The notes under the pieces: generated by a model
The model's input: only the letters and a program-made list of their open reading frames with translations
What the model was told of the DNA's origin: nothing
The model's database searches: none
In this document: positions 62,551-64,000 of the stretch, in pieces
Layout: each line of letters begins with the position of its first letter
How positions within the stretch are numbered: the first letter of the stretch is position 1
Assembly (NCBI GenBank): GCA_963765495.1
Contig: CAVXWP010000009.1
Span: 269,653-333,652 of the forward strand
Length of the DNA: 64,000 nucleotides
Direction of reading: 5' to 3'
Origin: Blastocatellia bacterium
Lineage (GTDB): Bacteria; Acidobacteriota; Blastocatellia; UBA7656
Position numbers and translations under genes: made by a program

Positions 62551-63144
62551 ATGTCGAGCGCAAATACAAGGACAGGCAGGCAAAAAACACGGCGCAATCT
62601 TCCAGCAGATGCCGACACTCTGCTCAATCTGCTCATAAAGGAGATCGAAGCGCCTGCCGACATGCAGACCCTCCTCGAACAAATGCCCGCAACGACCAAC
62701 TGCCGTGAAGAGGCCAGCCAGCTTCTTAAGGCAAAAGACCGCTTCAATCGCCGCGAGTCTTATCTCAAAAGCGAGCCCATGTGGTTCAATAAATACGGCT
62801 GGTTTATGGCCCGAATAGTCGGGTTGTTTGGCATACTGGTTTTCATCTACGCAATGTTTACTCGCGGCGTGGGAGTCGATTTCACCATATCCATGATATT
62901 GGGCGCGGCCTGCTATTATCTGTTGCTTGTCACTCTATCAAACATCAAATACCGCGACAAAAACAGAAAGCGACAAAAACTCGTCCAGCGAGAAGAACAA
63001 CGATATCAAAGAGATATAGTCCCCATAGCCGCCGCGCTCATGAAGCGATTCGATATTGACCCGCAAACCTATCCCCTGACCAATCCCACAAATAAGGCGG
63101 GGCTTGAAGAGAACGAAAAAGGCATCTTCATTCCTGTAGATTAA
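62551..63144 (+). CDS. Hypothetical membrane protein (2 TM helices, basic C-terminal half)
   Basis: ORF with no recognisable domain; start at ATG 62551 or TTG 62545. Confidence 0.45.
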   Translation: MSSANTRTGRQKTRRNLPADADTLLNLLIKEIEAPADMQTLLEQMPATTNCREEASQLLKAKDRFNRRESYLKSEPMWFNKYGWFMARIVGLFGILVFIYAMFTRGVGVDFTISMILGAACYYLLLVTLSNIKYRDKNRKRQKLVQREEQRYQRDIVPIAAALMKRFDIDPQTYPLTNPTNKAGLEENEKGIFIPVD

Positions 63145-63807
63145 GTGCCTGTGCTATCTGGTGACTTGACCGTATAGGAAAGAAATCAAATGCGACACCT
63201 GGTTTCATCCTCTCTACCCGCCCTTTATTCTTACGGCCCGGTTTATCTCTCCCCTCGCGCTTTGTAATAATGCATGTTACGTCAAAGTGACGGCATATTG
63301 TGGCCGAGTTCGGGCAATGTTAACGATTCTATAAGTTTTATCTGTCGGGATTTTCTCCATTACGTCACTACAAGAGCAAGACTACCTTATGAACTTCCTG
63401 ATATGTGTACCAACCACGACCCGATTTAACTCAACGAAATAGTTGAATTATTACATTTTATCTAATATATAAATACCAATGGCTTTGATATATTCTATTA
63501 ATTTTACATGTACAATAATATTAACAACTCACAAAGAGATCGTGACTGGATCAACAGGTATAAAAATTCGATCTTTTTGATTTCCGTTCTTAACTGGTAC
63601 GATCTTTGCTGATTGCAGATGCGTTAACCGTATGATGCCCTCGGCCCGAAATAGCTGATGTTTTCAAGCTAAATATTTTGAATGAAGCTCCTCGCAGCAA
63701 GCTGCGAGGTATCGCGCAAGAGGGGAGGAAATGGAGCCGCAGCAAGCTGCGGGGAATTGCCTGACCCTCCTCAGATTAAATTCGTTGACCCTGTTTAGGA
63801 AACGCCT

Positions 63808-64000
63808 ATGCGGAATACTTTATCTACGATAGAGCAGGACATATTTGCAAAAAGCCGGTTGGATGATTTGCGATTTGTGATCGACTCCATCAGGTCGCCC
63901 ATTCTGGTACTTGATTGTGGAGGCAGGGTAGCAGGTTTTAATCAAGCGGCTAAAGCGATTATTCACCTTTCGGACGAAGCTATTCAGGGGCAGCCCATCG
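63808..64000 (+). CDS. PAS-domain sensor protein, N-terminal fragment (partial, continues past the window end)
   Basis: PAS-like start (FVIDSIRSPILVLDCGGRVAGFNQAA). Preceded by a ~650 bp AT-rich region. Confidence 0.5.
   Translation, partial: MRNTLSTIEQDIFAKSRLDDLRFVIDSIRSPILVLDCGGRVAGFNQAAKAIIHLSDEAIQGQPI

Noticed and set aside
1-64000. tRNA, rRNA or other canonical RNA genes.
   Set aside because: No cloverleaf-like or rRNA-like segments were recognised by eye. Intergenic structured regions are all accounted for by the repeat families. A covariance-model scan would be needed to exclude small ncRNAs.

Overview
This is a high-GC (~60%) bacterial chromosomal window; the gene content suggests an Acidobacteria-like Gram-negative organism, but the phylum cannot be proven from the sequence. 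It contains about 50 protein-coding genes, which fall into four blocks: a housekeeping and signalling block, a metabolic block, a transport and repair block, and a large polysaccharide locus. I saw no rRNA, tRNA or CRISPR array.

Gene blocks:
- **1-11.3 kb (minus strand).** Rieske plus a cytochrome b fragment, an EamA transporter and serA. These are followed by a four-gene c-di-GMP partner-switching style module: PocR/GAF-GGDEF cyclase, an unusual AAA-ATPase::RsbW-like kinase fusion, a STAS antagonist and a GAF/HD-GYP phosphodiesterase.
- **11.9-13.3 kb.** A divergent sigma-54 NtrC-type regulator.
- **13.4-15.8 kb.** A FAD amine-oxidase-like gene embedded in AT-rich DNA and flanked by two copies of a ~200-220 bp MITE-like element.
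- **16-21.2 kb.** An extracytoplasmic signalling cluster: zinc-ribbon Ser/Thr kinase, PEGA/FGE-domain protein, two DUF4384 proteins and a secreted trypsin-like protease.
- **21.4-27.5 kb.** Acyl-CoA dehydrogenase, a swivel-first fused aconitase-family protein and a fused E1 alpha-beta 2-oxoacid dehydrogenase.
- **27.5-36.5 kb.** An EVE-domain gene with an apparent +1 frameshift, an ABC-2 type exporter, a C26 peptidase, rimI/tsaB and mutS.
- **36.5-57.3 kb (minus strand).** A large glycan/polysaccharide locus: two MOP flippases, GT4, two GT2, two paralogous GT-C membrane transferases, a UPF0104 flippase-like protein, a YfhO-like protein, four paralogous cytoplasmic AP-superfamily (phosphodiesterase/NPP-like) enzymes and an APS kinase.
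- **57.5-64 kb.** Transporters (APC, NSS with a MetS-like micro-subunit), a tandem Usp protein and a partial PAS sensor.

The most unusual signals:
- **Shared C-terminal tail.** Three of the four AP-family paralogs and the APS kinase end in the same appended motif, [acidic]-x-x-R-x-R/K-L-x-x-L-G-Y-[LIV]-COOH. This suggests an undescribed docking or sorting peptide that ties these enzymes into one system.
- **Dense repeat families.** The window carries many orientation-independent intergenic CACGNATCACG-armed palindromes. There is a 5-copy MITE-like element with a conserved frame and a variable inner hairpin. There are heptamer-armed palindromes built on GGGATGA, GAGTTTT and TCTCAAA. A GGGCAGGGACAAGCCCTGCCC REP-like hairpin is inserted in-frame inside the GT4 gene. 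There are also 13-bp and 15-bp tandem arrays.

Coordinates of repeats are approximate (plus or minus a few bp).
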